From Flavobacteriales bacterium (GTDB lineage Bacteria; Bacteroidota; Bacteroidia; Flavobacteriales_D; JAUILH01): a stretch of DNA of 64,000 nt. The stretch's first letter is position 1. The number at the start of each line of letters is the position of its first letter. Shown in pieces: positions 36,343 to 45,396 of this stretch. The stretch spans positions 222,669-286,668 of the forward strand of contig CAXRGQ010000014.1 of the NCBI GenBank assembly GCA_964230215.1, written 5' to 3'. The position numbers and the translations under genes were made by a program. Below the pieces are notes generated by a model. It had not been told where the DNA came from. It was given only the letters and a program-made list of their open reading frames with translations, and ran no database searches.

Positions 36343-37034
36343 GAAAGCGGATTAAAACTAGTTACCGCCTTTAAATCTTTAACCGTTTTATCTTCACATT
36401 TTATCGTTCTTGACGGAAAACGTTCCATTAAATGAAAGTCATGCGTTGCCATAAAAATAGACGTTCCCTTTTTCTGAATATCAAATAGTAAGGACATTAT
36501 TTCATCGGTAGTTTCCGGATCCAAATTACCCGTAGGCTCATCCGCTAAAATCAGATTAGGGTCATTCAAAATTGCTCTGGCAATAGCTACACGTTGCTGC
36601 TCCCCACCCGATAGTTGGTGAGGGAATTTATATGCTTTAGTAGATAAACCAACCATTTCGAGCAATTCGAGTGCTCTAGCTTCCATCTTCTTTTTTCCTC
36701 TCCATCCTGTTGCACGCATTACAAAGACAAGATTCTTCAACACGTTTCTGTCCATCAATAACTGGAAGTCCTGAAAAACAATGCCAATCTTTCGTCTCAA
36801 AATCGGAATTTTTCTTGCAGGAAGCTTACGTAGATTATATCCAGCAACAGTGCCTTCACCTTCTTTAAGCTTCAACTCTCCATATAAAGTTTTCAGTAAA
36901 CTTGATTTTCCGCTACCAGTTTTACCAATTAGATAAACAAATTCGCCATTATCAATGCTAAAGTTTACATCACTAAGAATCAAACTTTTGCCTTGATAAA
37001 TCTTTGCGTTTTGTATGCTGATTGGATGGTCCAT
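36339..37034 (-). CDS. ftsE: Cell-division ABC ATPase FtsE
   Basis: Walker [10 protein letters not shown], signature [14 protein letters not shown] and Walker [13 protein letters not shown] are present, and the size (231 aa) fits. No ftsX is adjacent. Confidence 0.85.
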   Translation of the reverse strand: MDHPISIQNAKIYQGKSLILSDVNFSIDNGEFVYLIGKTGSGKSSLLKTLYGELKLKEGEGTVAGYNLRKLPARKIPILRRKIGIVFQDFQLLMDRNVLKNLVFVMRATGWRGKKKMEARALELLEMVGLSTKAYKFPHQLSGGEQQRVAIARAILNDPNLILADEPTGNLDPETTDEIMSLLFDIQKKGTSIFMATHDFHLMERFPSRTIKCEDKTVKDLKAVTSFNPLS

Positions 37035-37191
37035 GCTGCTTTTTCTACCGTAAATTTCGGATTCTTAGTGTCTTTTAATTGTGTCATGATAAAATAATCT
37101 TAACAGAATTACGTTAACAACTTACCCCCCTCAGGCCTAAAAAGCCCTTCTTTACAGTAGTATTTTTATGGTTTAAAATCTTAGGTAGATT

Positions 37192-40100
37192 ATGAAGTAT
37201 TTCCTCATATTGGCGTTTTGTATATCTGCAACATTCCATCTAAGCGCTCAGAAGACCGGGGCTTACACAAATGAATTTGTGCAATATGATGATGCTGTGG
37301 ACTTATTCGATAAAGAAAAGTATACAGCGGCTTATCAGAAATTTGATCAGTTTATTGAGTCGAACGGTGAAGGACTGCATGATGCTAGAATAATGCATGC
37401 TAATTTCTATCGTGCTGTATGTGCGATGGAACTTTATCATGATGATGCAGATTACAGATTCATGCGTTTTGTGGAAGAGTATCCTGAAAGCCCCCGCTTA
37501 CAATCTGCTTATTTTAAATTGGGTGTAATAAAGTACAGAGATCAAAATTGGAATAAAGCAGTTGAGTGGTTTGATAAAGTGGATAAATTTCAGTTGACGA
37601 AAGACGAATTGTCTGAGTATTATTTCAAGAGGGGCTATGCTCACTTTATGGAGGAGAATTACAAAGTAGCGTCTGCGGATTTTAGAGAGATTAAGGACGT
37701 TGAATCACAGTACCAAGATCCTGCGATTTATTACTACTCTCACATAGCCTACATGGACGGTAATTATCAAACTGCGCTAGAGGGATTCGAAAAATTGAAG
37801 GACAAGAAAGGCTTTGATAAGATTGTGCCTTATTACATCACGCAAATTTATTATCGTCAGGAGAAATATGATTTAGTACTCTCTTATGGTGGTCCTTTGC
37901 TGGATACTATCACTCCTCAAAAGAAGGCGGAGATAGCCAACATGGTGGGAGATGCTTATTATCAGCAAGAGAAATACGATGAAGCATTACCCTTCCTACA
38001 CATGCACATGAAAGAGGTGCAGCTCACTACGGCAGAGAAGTATAGAATAGCCTACTGTTACTATATGATTGAAGATTATGATCAAGCCTCAAAATACTTT
38101 GAATGGGTGAGTAGAAATGATGATCCTCTTGGGCAGAACGCACTTTATTATATGGGGGAGTGTTTCGAGTATCTCGACAAGAAAAATTATGCACAAAATG
38201 CTTATCAAGCAGCATCCGAAATGGAGTATGATCCTGAAATTCAAGAAGACGCCTTATTCCGATTTGCTAAGCTTGCCTATGAGTTATCGCTTAATCCATA
38301 CGATGAGGCGATAGATGCCTTCCAAAGATATTTACAGAAATACCCGAACACTGAGCGCGCTGATGATGCCTATCAGTATTTGGTGAATGTTTATCTCACA
38401 ACCAAAAACTATGATGCTGCACTTGAGTCACTTGAGAAACTCGACATGAAGGATGTTCGTTTGCAACGAGCTTATCAGTTAGTTCTTTATAATCGGGCGG
38501 TTGAACTTCAATCTAACTCGAGATACGAAGACGCCATTAAGTACTACAAAAGAGTAGATGAATATCCAGTAGACAGAGAGTTAAGCAGCTTAAGTAAGTA
38601 TTGGATTGGCGAGTGTAATTACTACATGGGTAATTATCCGGTGGCGAGAACTTATTACAACCAATTTATTAAATCGCCTGGAGCGATTAATACCGATTTC
38701 TATGGTGACGCCCACTACAACATAGCTTATACTTATCTAAAAGAAGGTGATAACAAAAGTGCGTTAGATGAGTTCAGACAATATGTGTCTAAACCAGGCA
38801 GTAATGAGATTAAGTTGAATGACGCTTACTTAAGAATAGCAGATGGCTTTTTCATGCAAGATGATCCAGATGATGAGAGAGCTATCGAGTATTATGGTAA
38901 ATCGCTTGATTTAAACATTGCGCATCAAGATTACGCCTTATTTCAGCGAGGGTTGAGTTATGGATATATCCAACAGCCCGAAAAAAAAGTGGTAGAATTA
39001 GAAAAGTTACTGCAGCAATACAGCGGCTCAATAAGAAAGGTAAATGCTCTTTATCAGCTGGGTGAGGCCTACAGAGTAATGAATAAGTTTGATAAAGCTA
39101 TCAAGTACTATGAGCAGGTAGCTGAACAATATAGTAGCAACATTTTAGCTACAAAATCACTACTTTACCTAGGACTGCTGCATAAAGAAGTTAAGCAATA
39201 CAACCAGGCCATTGACGCCTACATACTGGTACTAGAAAACAACCCCTCTCCGGATGATTGTAGAGATGCTGTGTTTGGGTTGAAGGACGTGTACGTAGCT
39301 AAAGACCAATTAGAGAAATGGGATAACATTGTGTCACGCTATAATTGTGTGGACAGTGATCAAAGAACTTTAGATTCAACCTTCTTTGCAGAAACTGTCA
39401 ATAAGTATCACTTAGAGGACAATTGTGAAAAAATAATAGCCAACGTAGACAGATATACAAGCAGGTACCCAAATGGTATTTATGTATCTCATGCACTGTT
39501 TTATAAGGCCGAATGTTTGTACCATGACGAGAAAGTAGATGAATCTCAAATCTATTATGAGAACATCCTAAATCTACCGCAAAACGAGTATACAGAAACA
39601 GCATTGTTACGTACGGCTGCTATGTACTATAATCAGGAGAAGTATCAGGAGGCATTCACCAACTTTAATAATCTAGAGAAAATGGCGAGCAATGCCGAAA
39701 ATTTATTGATTAGCAAGATTGGTCAAATGCGCTGCTTCTATAAATTAGGTGACTATCCGTATGCTAAAAACTACGCAACAGAAGTCTTAGCGGAAGATCA
39801 AACACCAGAGAATATCAAGGTGCAGGCACAACTAATTTTAGGTATGTCTTTAATGCATACTAATCAGCTTGATAGGGCTATTGACGAATTAGTTAAAGTA
39901 AATCAAATGACTACCTCTGTGTTGGGTGCAGAAGCACAATATCATGTAGCATTAATATACTTCAAGAAAGAAGATACGGGTGAAGTTGAAAAGCAAATTT
40001 TAAAGCTTATTAAACAAAAACCAAGTTATGATTATTGGGTGGCAAAGGGATATATATTGCTCGCCGATAACTTATTGCTTAAAGGGGATGTATTCCAGGC

Positions 40101-40368
40101 AAAACATACACTTCAATCTGTAATAGATAATTATGTTGGGGATGATGATATCGTTCCGACTGCAAAAGCTAAATTAAAAGCGATTATTGAGTCTGAAAAA
40201 GAAGAGGAAGAAGGACGTGAGACTCGTTCAATGATGCTGGATTTAGGCGGTGACGATGATGTCATAAAAGGTGATGATATAGAAGAGGCGCCTGATAAAG
40301 AAGAGGAGGAATCCCCCGATAATTCGGAAACCGAGAACCCAAATGAAGAAGGAGGTCAAAATGAATAA
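37192..40368 (+). CDS. Very large secreted tetratricopeptide-repeat protein with acidic C-terminal tail
   Basis: 1058 aa with a signal peptide ending HLSAQ. Dozens of TPR-like A/Y/L-patterned helices run through the body (e.g. YFKLGVIKYRDQNWNKAVEWFDKV). The tail is EKEEEEGRET...EEAPDKEEEESPDNSETENPNEEGGQNE. Confidence 0.75.
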   Translation: MKYFLILAFCISATFHLSAQKTGAYTNEFVQYDDAVDLFDKEKYTAAYQKFDQFIESNGEGLHDARIMHANFYRAVCAMELYHDDADYRFMRFVEEYPESPRLQSAYFKLGVIKYRDQNWNKAVEWFDKVDKFQLTKDELSEYYFKRGYAHFMEENYKVASADFREIKDVESQYQDPAIYYYSHIAYMDGNYQTALEGFEKLKDKKGFDKIVPYYITQIYYRQEKYDLVLSYGGPLLDTITPQKKAEIANMVGDAYYQQEKYDEALPFLHMHMKEVQLTTAEKYRIAYCYYMIEDYDQASKYFEWVSRNDDPLGQNALYYMGECFEYLDKKNYAQNAYQAASEMEYDPEIQEDALFRFAKLAYELSLNPYDEAIDAFQRYLQKYPNTERADDAYQYLVNVYLTTKNYDAALESLEKLDMKDVRLQRAYQLVLYNRAVELQSNSRYEDAIKYYKRVDEYPVDRELSSLSKYWIGECNYYMGNYPVARTYYNQFIKSPGAINTDFYGDAHYNIAYTYLKEGDNKSALDEFRQYVSKPGSNEIKLNDAYLRIADGFFMQDDPDDERAIEYYGKSLDLNIAHQDYALFQRGLSYGYIQQPEKKVVELEKLLQQYSGSIRKVNALYQLGEAYRVMNKFDKAIKYYEQVAEQYSSNILATKSLLYLGLLHKEVKQYNQAIDAYILVLENNPSPDDCRDAVFGLKDVYVAKDQLEKWDNIVSRYNCVDSDQRTLDSTFFAETVNKYHLEDNCEKIIANVDRYTSRYPNGIYVSHALFYKAECLYHDEKVDESQIYYENILNLPQNEYTETALLRTAAMYYNQEKYQEAFTNFNNLEKMASNAENLLISKIGQMRCFYKLGDYPYAKNYATEVLAEDQTPENIKVQAQLILGMSLMHTNQLDRAIDELVKVNQMTTSVLGAEAQYHVALIYFKKEDTGEVEKQILKLIKQKPSYDYWVAKGYILLADNLLLKGDVFQAKHTLQSVIDNYVGDDDIVPTAKAKLKAIIESEKEEEEGRETRSMMLDLGGDDDVIKGDDIEEAPDKEEEESPDNSETENPNEEGGQNE

Positions 40369-42076
40369 GCTAATTACAATAATTTTTGTTGTAGCTGGTA
40401 TTAGCGCTCATGCACAGTACACTACTGGTGTAACAATTGATGTTAAGCGTGAAGTCGCGAATTCGCAAAAAATCTCAACACTTCCTAAGGTGGCTGAGAA
40501 TGAAGTTGAAATTCCTACAAATGTCTACCCTGTCTTAACAAGAAGAGCTGAGGTAGATATCAAAGTAGACGATATCAAGGCAGCTAAACTAAGAATAGTA
40601 GAACCACTTTCTAAACTCTATAGAGGATATGTTAAAGCTGGTTTCGGTATGTTCAACAGCCCATTACTTGATGTGCATTTTATGGAAAAAAGATCACGAA
40701 GAGGAATGTGGGGCGTAAATGCTAGACATTTTTCAAGTCGAGATATGAATGACGGTTTCCATTTCTCTGGTTTCTCAGACAACAATTTCGCCTTGTACGG
40801 TGCTAAGTACACAAAAACACATGCACTATCGGGAGATCTGGATATATCATACAACACGCTGCATCAATATGGTACGGTGAATGATACCACCATTTCAAGA
40901 GATCAAATTCGTCAGAATTATCAAAACTATGGTTTCAATGGACGTGTTTTAAGTACAGTTCACGATTCACTTTATCTTAATCATGATATTAAATTCGGGT
41001 ACTACTATTACCAAGACTTTAAAGACCAAAAAGCGATGGAGAAGCATGCCTACGCGAATGAGAACAACTTCTACATTAATGGCAAGCTTGGTAAGTACAT
41101 GAATAAAGAATATGTGGAAGGTGAATTGAATTTCGACTTTAACAAATACAAAAGTGATTCAATCAACCCTTGTGTAGCTTGTGATATTCCTCAAAGAATG
41201 TTCAACCAAGGGAATGCAATTCTGTCATTTAGCGGTCGTATAATTAGCGTTAGAGACAAGTTAAAGCTCAAGCTGGGGTTAAAGTTTGATGTTGATATGC
41301 CAGATGTGTTATCGTCTAATCCTAAGTTATACTTCTTCCCAGATGTAGAGATAAAGTACAGCATGTTTAACGATATCTTTATTCCATACATTGGAGCCAC
41401 AAGAGAATTACAGCGTAATAGTTTCAAAACCTTGTCTCAAGAGAATCCATTTGTTCTCTCATCAATGCAATTATTGAATACGAATAATGTGTACAAAATT
41501 TACGCAGGTATCAAAGGAACATTGAGCTCAAAAATCGACTTTAATGCTGAGGTTGACCACGGTTTATATCGCAACCTGCCATTATTCTGGAGAGATGATT
41601 TATACAGCTTTAAAAACCAGTTTGATGTTATTTATGACACTTTATCTATCACACGTATCAAAGGTGAACTGTCGTATAACAAAGGAGAGGATTTGAAAAT
41701 CTATGCGAAAGGTGAGTACTTTTTGTATGGTGAAGGATCAGAGGTAGAAGCATGGTATAGACCAGATGCTAAGTTTACTATTGGTGGTAGATATGACATG
41801 CAAGACAAAATAATTGCTAAGCTAGATGCTTATATTCTGGCTGGAAGAAAGGCAGGAACTACAGATTCAGTTCAGAATGTAACAGCTGTTGATGGCGTAT
41901 CCGTAATCGATCTAGGTACATTTGTGGATGTAAACATGGGAGTTGAATATAGATATACTAAGCGCTTGTCTGTATTCTTGAATTTCAACAATATTCTATC
42001 AAGAAACTACAGACTGTATCAAGATTATCCGCTTCAAGGCATAAATATATTAGGCGGATTGACGTATAGCTTCTAA
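40361..42076 (+). CDS. Putative outer-membrane porin / large beta-barrel (Bacteroidota 'putative porin' type)
   Basis: ATG 40361 overlaps the TPR gene stop by 8 nt and gives the signal peptide MNKLITIIFVVAGISAHAQ. The body is beta-rich and ends in the OMP-type C-terminus GGLTYSF*. Confidence 0.6.
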   Translation: MNKLITIIFVVAGISAHAQYTTGVTIDVKREVANSQKISTLPKVAENEVEIPTNVYPVLTRRAEVDIKVDDIKAAKLRIVEPLSKLYRGYVKAGFGMFNSPLLDVHFMEKRSRRGMWGVNARHFSSRDMNDGFHFSGFSDNNFALYGAKYTKTHALSGDLDISYNTLHQYGTVNDTTISRDQIRQNYQNYGFNGRVLSTVHDSLYLNHDIKFGYYYYQDFKDQKAMEKHAYANENNFYINGKLGKYMNKEYVEGELNFDFNKYKSDSINPCVACDIPQRMFNQGNAILSFSGRIISVRDKLKLKLGLKFDVDMPDVLSSNPKLYFFPDVEIKYSMFNDIFIPYIGATRELQRNSFKTLSQENPFVLSSMQLLNTNNVYKIYAGIKGTLSSKIDFNAEVDHGLYRNLPLFWRDDLYSFKNQFDVIYDTLSITRIKGELSYNKGEDLKIYAKGEYFLYGEGSEVEAWYRPDAKFTIGGRYDMQDKIIAKLDAYILAGRKAGTTDSVQNVTAVDGVSVIDLGTFVDVNMGVEYRYTKRLSVFLNFNNILSRNYRLYQDYPLQGINILGGLTYSF

Positions 42077-42121
42077 TCTCTTTGGTATATTTGTTATAGA
42101 CACAATCTCATTAACGCGTAG

Positions 42122-43321
42122 ATGATACCATTCTATAAGCCAAAGTTTAACCCAGAAGTGATGCCTTTGTTGGAAGAGGTTTTAAGATCTGGCTGGATTA
42201 CAACGGGTCCAAAAACTAAGGCCTTCGAAAAAGAGATTACAGCCTTTTGTGGTAATAAAATCACAAATGCTTTGGGTTCCGCAACAGCCGGAATGGAGTT
42301 GGTGTTGCGGTGGTATGGTGTTGGGCCAGGGGATGAAGTAATTATTCCAGCATACACATATTGTGCAACTGCAAATGTCGTAATGCACCTAGGAGCTAAG
42401 CCTGTAATGGTCGACATTCGTGATGATTTTAATATCGATCCAACAGAAATTGAAAAACACATTACCGATAAAACGAAGGCAATAGTACCTGTAGATTTTG
42501 CGGGTTGGCCTTGTGATTACGAAACCATAAATCAGATTGCGTTAAAGCACAAATCAAGTTTTAATCCGCATAGTGAGGAGCAGAAAAAGTTGGGTAGAAT
42601 TCTGGTTATGGCAGATGCTGCACACTCGTTTGGGGCCGAAAGAGGCAATAAAAAATCAGGTGTTTTAGCAGACGTGTCCGTATTTAGTTTTCATGCGGTA
42701 AAGAACCTAACAACAGCAGAAGGGGGCGCCATCTGTTGGAATCTACCAGATGAATTTGATCACGATGAAATATACCGTGTTATAAATGTGATGTCCTTGC
42801 ACGGTCAGTCAAAAGATGCCCTGGCTAAGACAAAATCAGGCGCATGGAGATATGATGTAGAGTTTCCAGGCTATAAGTGCAATATGACGGACATGCATGC
42901 ATCCATTGGGCTGATAGATTTAAAGTATTACGGTGATAATTTAAAGGCACGCTCAGAGATGTTTGGAATCTACGATGAAGCATTAAAACAATATGATTGG
43001 GCCATTACACCTACCTATCAAAATTCCGATCAGAAAGGCTCATTACATATTTATGCTCTTAGAATTAAAGTATTCACTGAAGCTCAAAAGGATGATTTAA
43101 TCAATCGTATGGCAGGGGAGCAAATAATGTGTAATGTTCACTTTATTCCACTACCATTACTGTCTGCTTACAAGAGCTACTCTATTAAGGATTATCCTAA
43201 AGCTTATGAAATGTTCTGTCAGGAATTATCTCTTCCCATTTTTATAGGCTTAACAAAGGAAGAGCAACATAAGGTGGTAGAGTGTCTGGATAAACACATT
43301 ACTGCCATAAAGCATGCTTAA
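42122..43321 (+). CDS. DegT/DnrJ/EryC1/StrS-family PLP-dependent sugar aminotransferase
   Basis: GWITTGPKTKAFE and DAAHSFGA are present, with the PLP lysine context FSFHAVKNLTTAEGGA. Confidence 0.9.
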   Translation: MIPFYKPKFNPEVMPLLEEVLRSGWITTGPKTKAFEKEITAFCGNKITNALGSATAGMELVLRWYGVGPGDEVIIPAYTYCATANVVMHLGAKPVMVDIRDDFNIDPTEIEKHITDKTKAIVPVDFAGWPCDYETINQIALKHKSSFNPHSEEQKKLGRILVMADAAHSFGAERGNKKSGVLADVSVFSFHAVKNLTTAEGGAICWNLPDEFDHDEIYRVINVMSLHGQSKDALAKTKSGAWRYDVEFPGYKCNMTDMHASIGLIDLKYYGDNLKARSEMFGIYDEALKQYDWAITPTYQNSDQKGSLHIYALRIKVFTEAQKDDLINRMAGEQIMCNVHFIPLPLLSAYKSYSIKDYPKAYEMFCQELSLPIFIGLTKEEQHKVVECLDKHITAIKHA

Positions 43322-43901
43322 GCGCCTATTCGATATTTTAAGTTCATTAGCTGTATTGCTGCTTTGTCTGCCCTTTTTAATCATCATCTCTATAATCATC
43401 AGTATTGAGTCTCGTGGCGGAGTGATTTTTTCCCAAGTAAGAGTTGGAAAAGACGGGAAAGAATTCAAGTTGTATAAGCTCCGATCTATGAGGGTGAATA
43501 CTGAAAAATCTGGGCAATTAACGGTAGGTGCAGATGCCAGAATCACCAAAACTGGACGCTTTATTCGCAAATTCAAATTGGACGAATTACCACAACTAAT
43601 TAACATAATCATAGGTGATATGAGCGTTGTCGGCCCAAGACCAGAGGTGCCTAAATACGTGGCATTGTATACCGATGAGCAAAGAAAAGTATTGTCAGTT
43701 CGTCCAGGATTAACTGATTACGCATCCATTCAGTATATAAATGAAAATGAGGTGCTGGGCGAAAGTAAGGATCCCGAAAAAACCTATATAGCGGAGGTTA
43801 TGCCGGCCAAATTACAGCTGAACCTCAAGTATGTTGAGGAGCAAAGTTTCGCTACGGACCTTAAGCTGATTTTTAAAACTATTGGACGAATTTTGTCCTA
43901 G
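43314..43901 (+). CDS. Small monotopic phosphoglycosyl transferase (bacterial sugar transferase, PglC/WbaP-C-terminal type)
   Basis: 195 aa with the N-terminal re-entrant helix LAVLLLCLPFLIIISIII. Motifs present are KFRSM-like KLYKLRSM, DELPQLINII and VGPRPE. It overlaps the DegT gene by 8 nt. Confidence 0.9.
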   Translation: MLKRLFDILSSLAVLLLCLPFLIIISIIISIESRGGVIFSQVRVGKDGKEFKLYKLRSMRVNTEKSGQLTVGADARITKTGRFIRKFKLDELPQLINIIIGDMSVVGPRPEVPKYVALYTDEQRKVLSVRPGLTDYASIQYINENEVLGESKDPEKTYIAEVMPAKLQLNLKYVEEQSFATDLKLIFKTIGRILS

Positions 43902-44773
43902 TCTTCGATGGTTTTTAGCAATTGATGTACTTCATCCACCTTATCTAAATAACCACTTTTATTGTAAGAATAGATAAGATTGGTAAGCATGCGTTTGATG
44001 ATTGTTACATTATCACATGGCTCATAAAATTTCTCTTCAGGTGCAATATTCAACTCAGATAAGAACTGATCTATCTCTTTATGATTAAAAATAGTGCCCA
44101 AACTAAACGGATTTATGAAAAACATCACATTAGAATCCGTATCATTAATTAATGCGCTTAGATTATATTCATCCATGTAGCATACTACGAAATGATTGGG
44201 TAGGTTTACCCCAAATATGGGCATTTTAGAGCGCCTTGCAACCACAATATATATGATTGCTAGCGAGAGAGGATTGCCCTTGCCTGTTTCTAGTACATGG
44301 TTGATAAACGAATTTTGAGGCGAATGATAGTTTTTCTTGTTCCCTCTAAAATTGTGCACATCAAATAAAATGTGATTTAGAACCTTAACCTTTTCAAATG
44401 CAGTTAAGTCATCATTCATTTCAAGCCAAACATCTCGTTCAATCTGATCGAGTTTTTGGTATAACTTCTTTTCGTCTAGGTCAGGATATTGGTACTTAGC
44501 AACTAAAAGTGCACCTTCAAATAAATCGTTGGCTCCTTTGGTTTTCCATTCGCCTAGGTCTTGCTTAAGCGTGTCAAACTGAATGTCATGTATCAATGAT
44601 TCGATTCGCTGTTGAAATAGCATATCATAATCATTAAACTCCCAAAAACTCTCTAGAGAAGGAATGACATCCACGCCATAAGACATAAGTTTGTCTTTAA
44701 CCTGATTGAAAATAGTTTCGTCAGGGTCATCCAATAATTGAATGAGAGCGTGTATTTCAGACTTGTCTGCCAT
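43898..44773 (-). CDS. SirB1/YchA-like transglutaminase-fold family protein
   Basis: 291 aa. The central region reads NYHSPQNSFINHVLETGKGNPLSLAIIYIVVARRSKMPIFGVNLPNHFVV, characteristic of the family by eye. Confidence 0.6.
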   Translation of the reverse strand: MADKSEIHALIQLLDDPDETIFNQVKDKLMSYGVDVIPSLESFWEFNDYDMLFQQRIESLIHDIQFDTLKQDLGEWKTKGANDLFEGALLVAKYQYPDLDEKKLYQKLDQIERDVWLEMNDDLTAFEKVKVLNHILFDVHNFRGNKKNYHSPQNSFINHVLETGKGNPLSLAIIYIVVARRSKMPIFGVNLPNHFVVCYMDEYNLSALINDTDSNVMFFINPFSLGTIFNHKEIDQFLSELNIAPEEKFYEPCDNVTIIKRMLTNLIYSYNKSGYLDKVDEVHQLLKTIED

Positions 44774-44886
44774 TTCTAATATAACGCACAGCTAGTGCGA
44801 TTTGTTACCAAAGCTACGACAGAAGCTATGCTCTAAAACACGCTTTAGCCAATACTTATAAATACAAGAATGTTGAATTGTTTGAT

Positions 44887-45222
44887 TTACCAGACTTCTC
44901 CGTCGTCCTCATCTAGTATCATGAGCGCCTCAGATAACTCGCTTAAGGTCTTTAAATCATTCTGTTTTTTAGCCACTTCACGACCCTGTTTGTAGAAAGA
45001 AATAGCAGCTTCCAGTTTACCCAACTCTTCATACAGTTTACCAATTTGGTAGTAGGTGGCGAGATAGTCGGGGTGTTCGTCTACCAGCTTTTTAAACATA
45101 TTTAGGGTTGACTCCTTATCGTTTTGTTTTCTATACTCAAGTGCTGCGGCATAGATCAAAAAAGGGTCATCTGGATTGGTTTTTAACATCTGGTGTATCA
45201 ATGCTTGTCTATCCTGCTCCAT
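44887..45222 (-). CDS. Small TPR protein
   Basis: 111 aa with two or three TPR-like helix pairs (FLIYAAALEYRKQND, YLATYYQIGKLYEELGKLEAAISFYKQG). Confidence 0.65.
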   Translation of the reverse strand: MEQDRQALIHQMLKTNPDDPFLIYAAALEYRKQNDKESTLNMFKKLVDEHPDYLATYYQIGKLYEELGKLEAAISFYKQGREVAKKQNDLKTLSELSEALMILDEDDGEVW

Positions 45223-45396
45223 GTCTCAAAAGTTTTATCTAAGGTATAAAATCATCCATGAATGTATTTGCCCATATATTATTCGGTACAATCGACTTCT
45301 TATTTGTGAAAAAGCATCCTTTTATGCTGAATTACGTCTTGAATTTGTATATTGAACTATTAAAATAAATACTGCTTAGGTAGTTAAATCGCTGTT

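Noticed and set aside
36339-37034. ftsE without an adjacent ftsX, considered as an anomaly
   Set aside because: ftsX may simply be encoded elsewhere, and this cannot be judged from one window.
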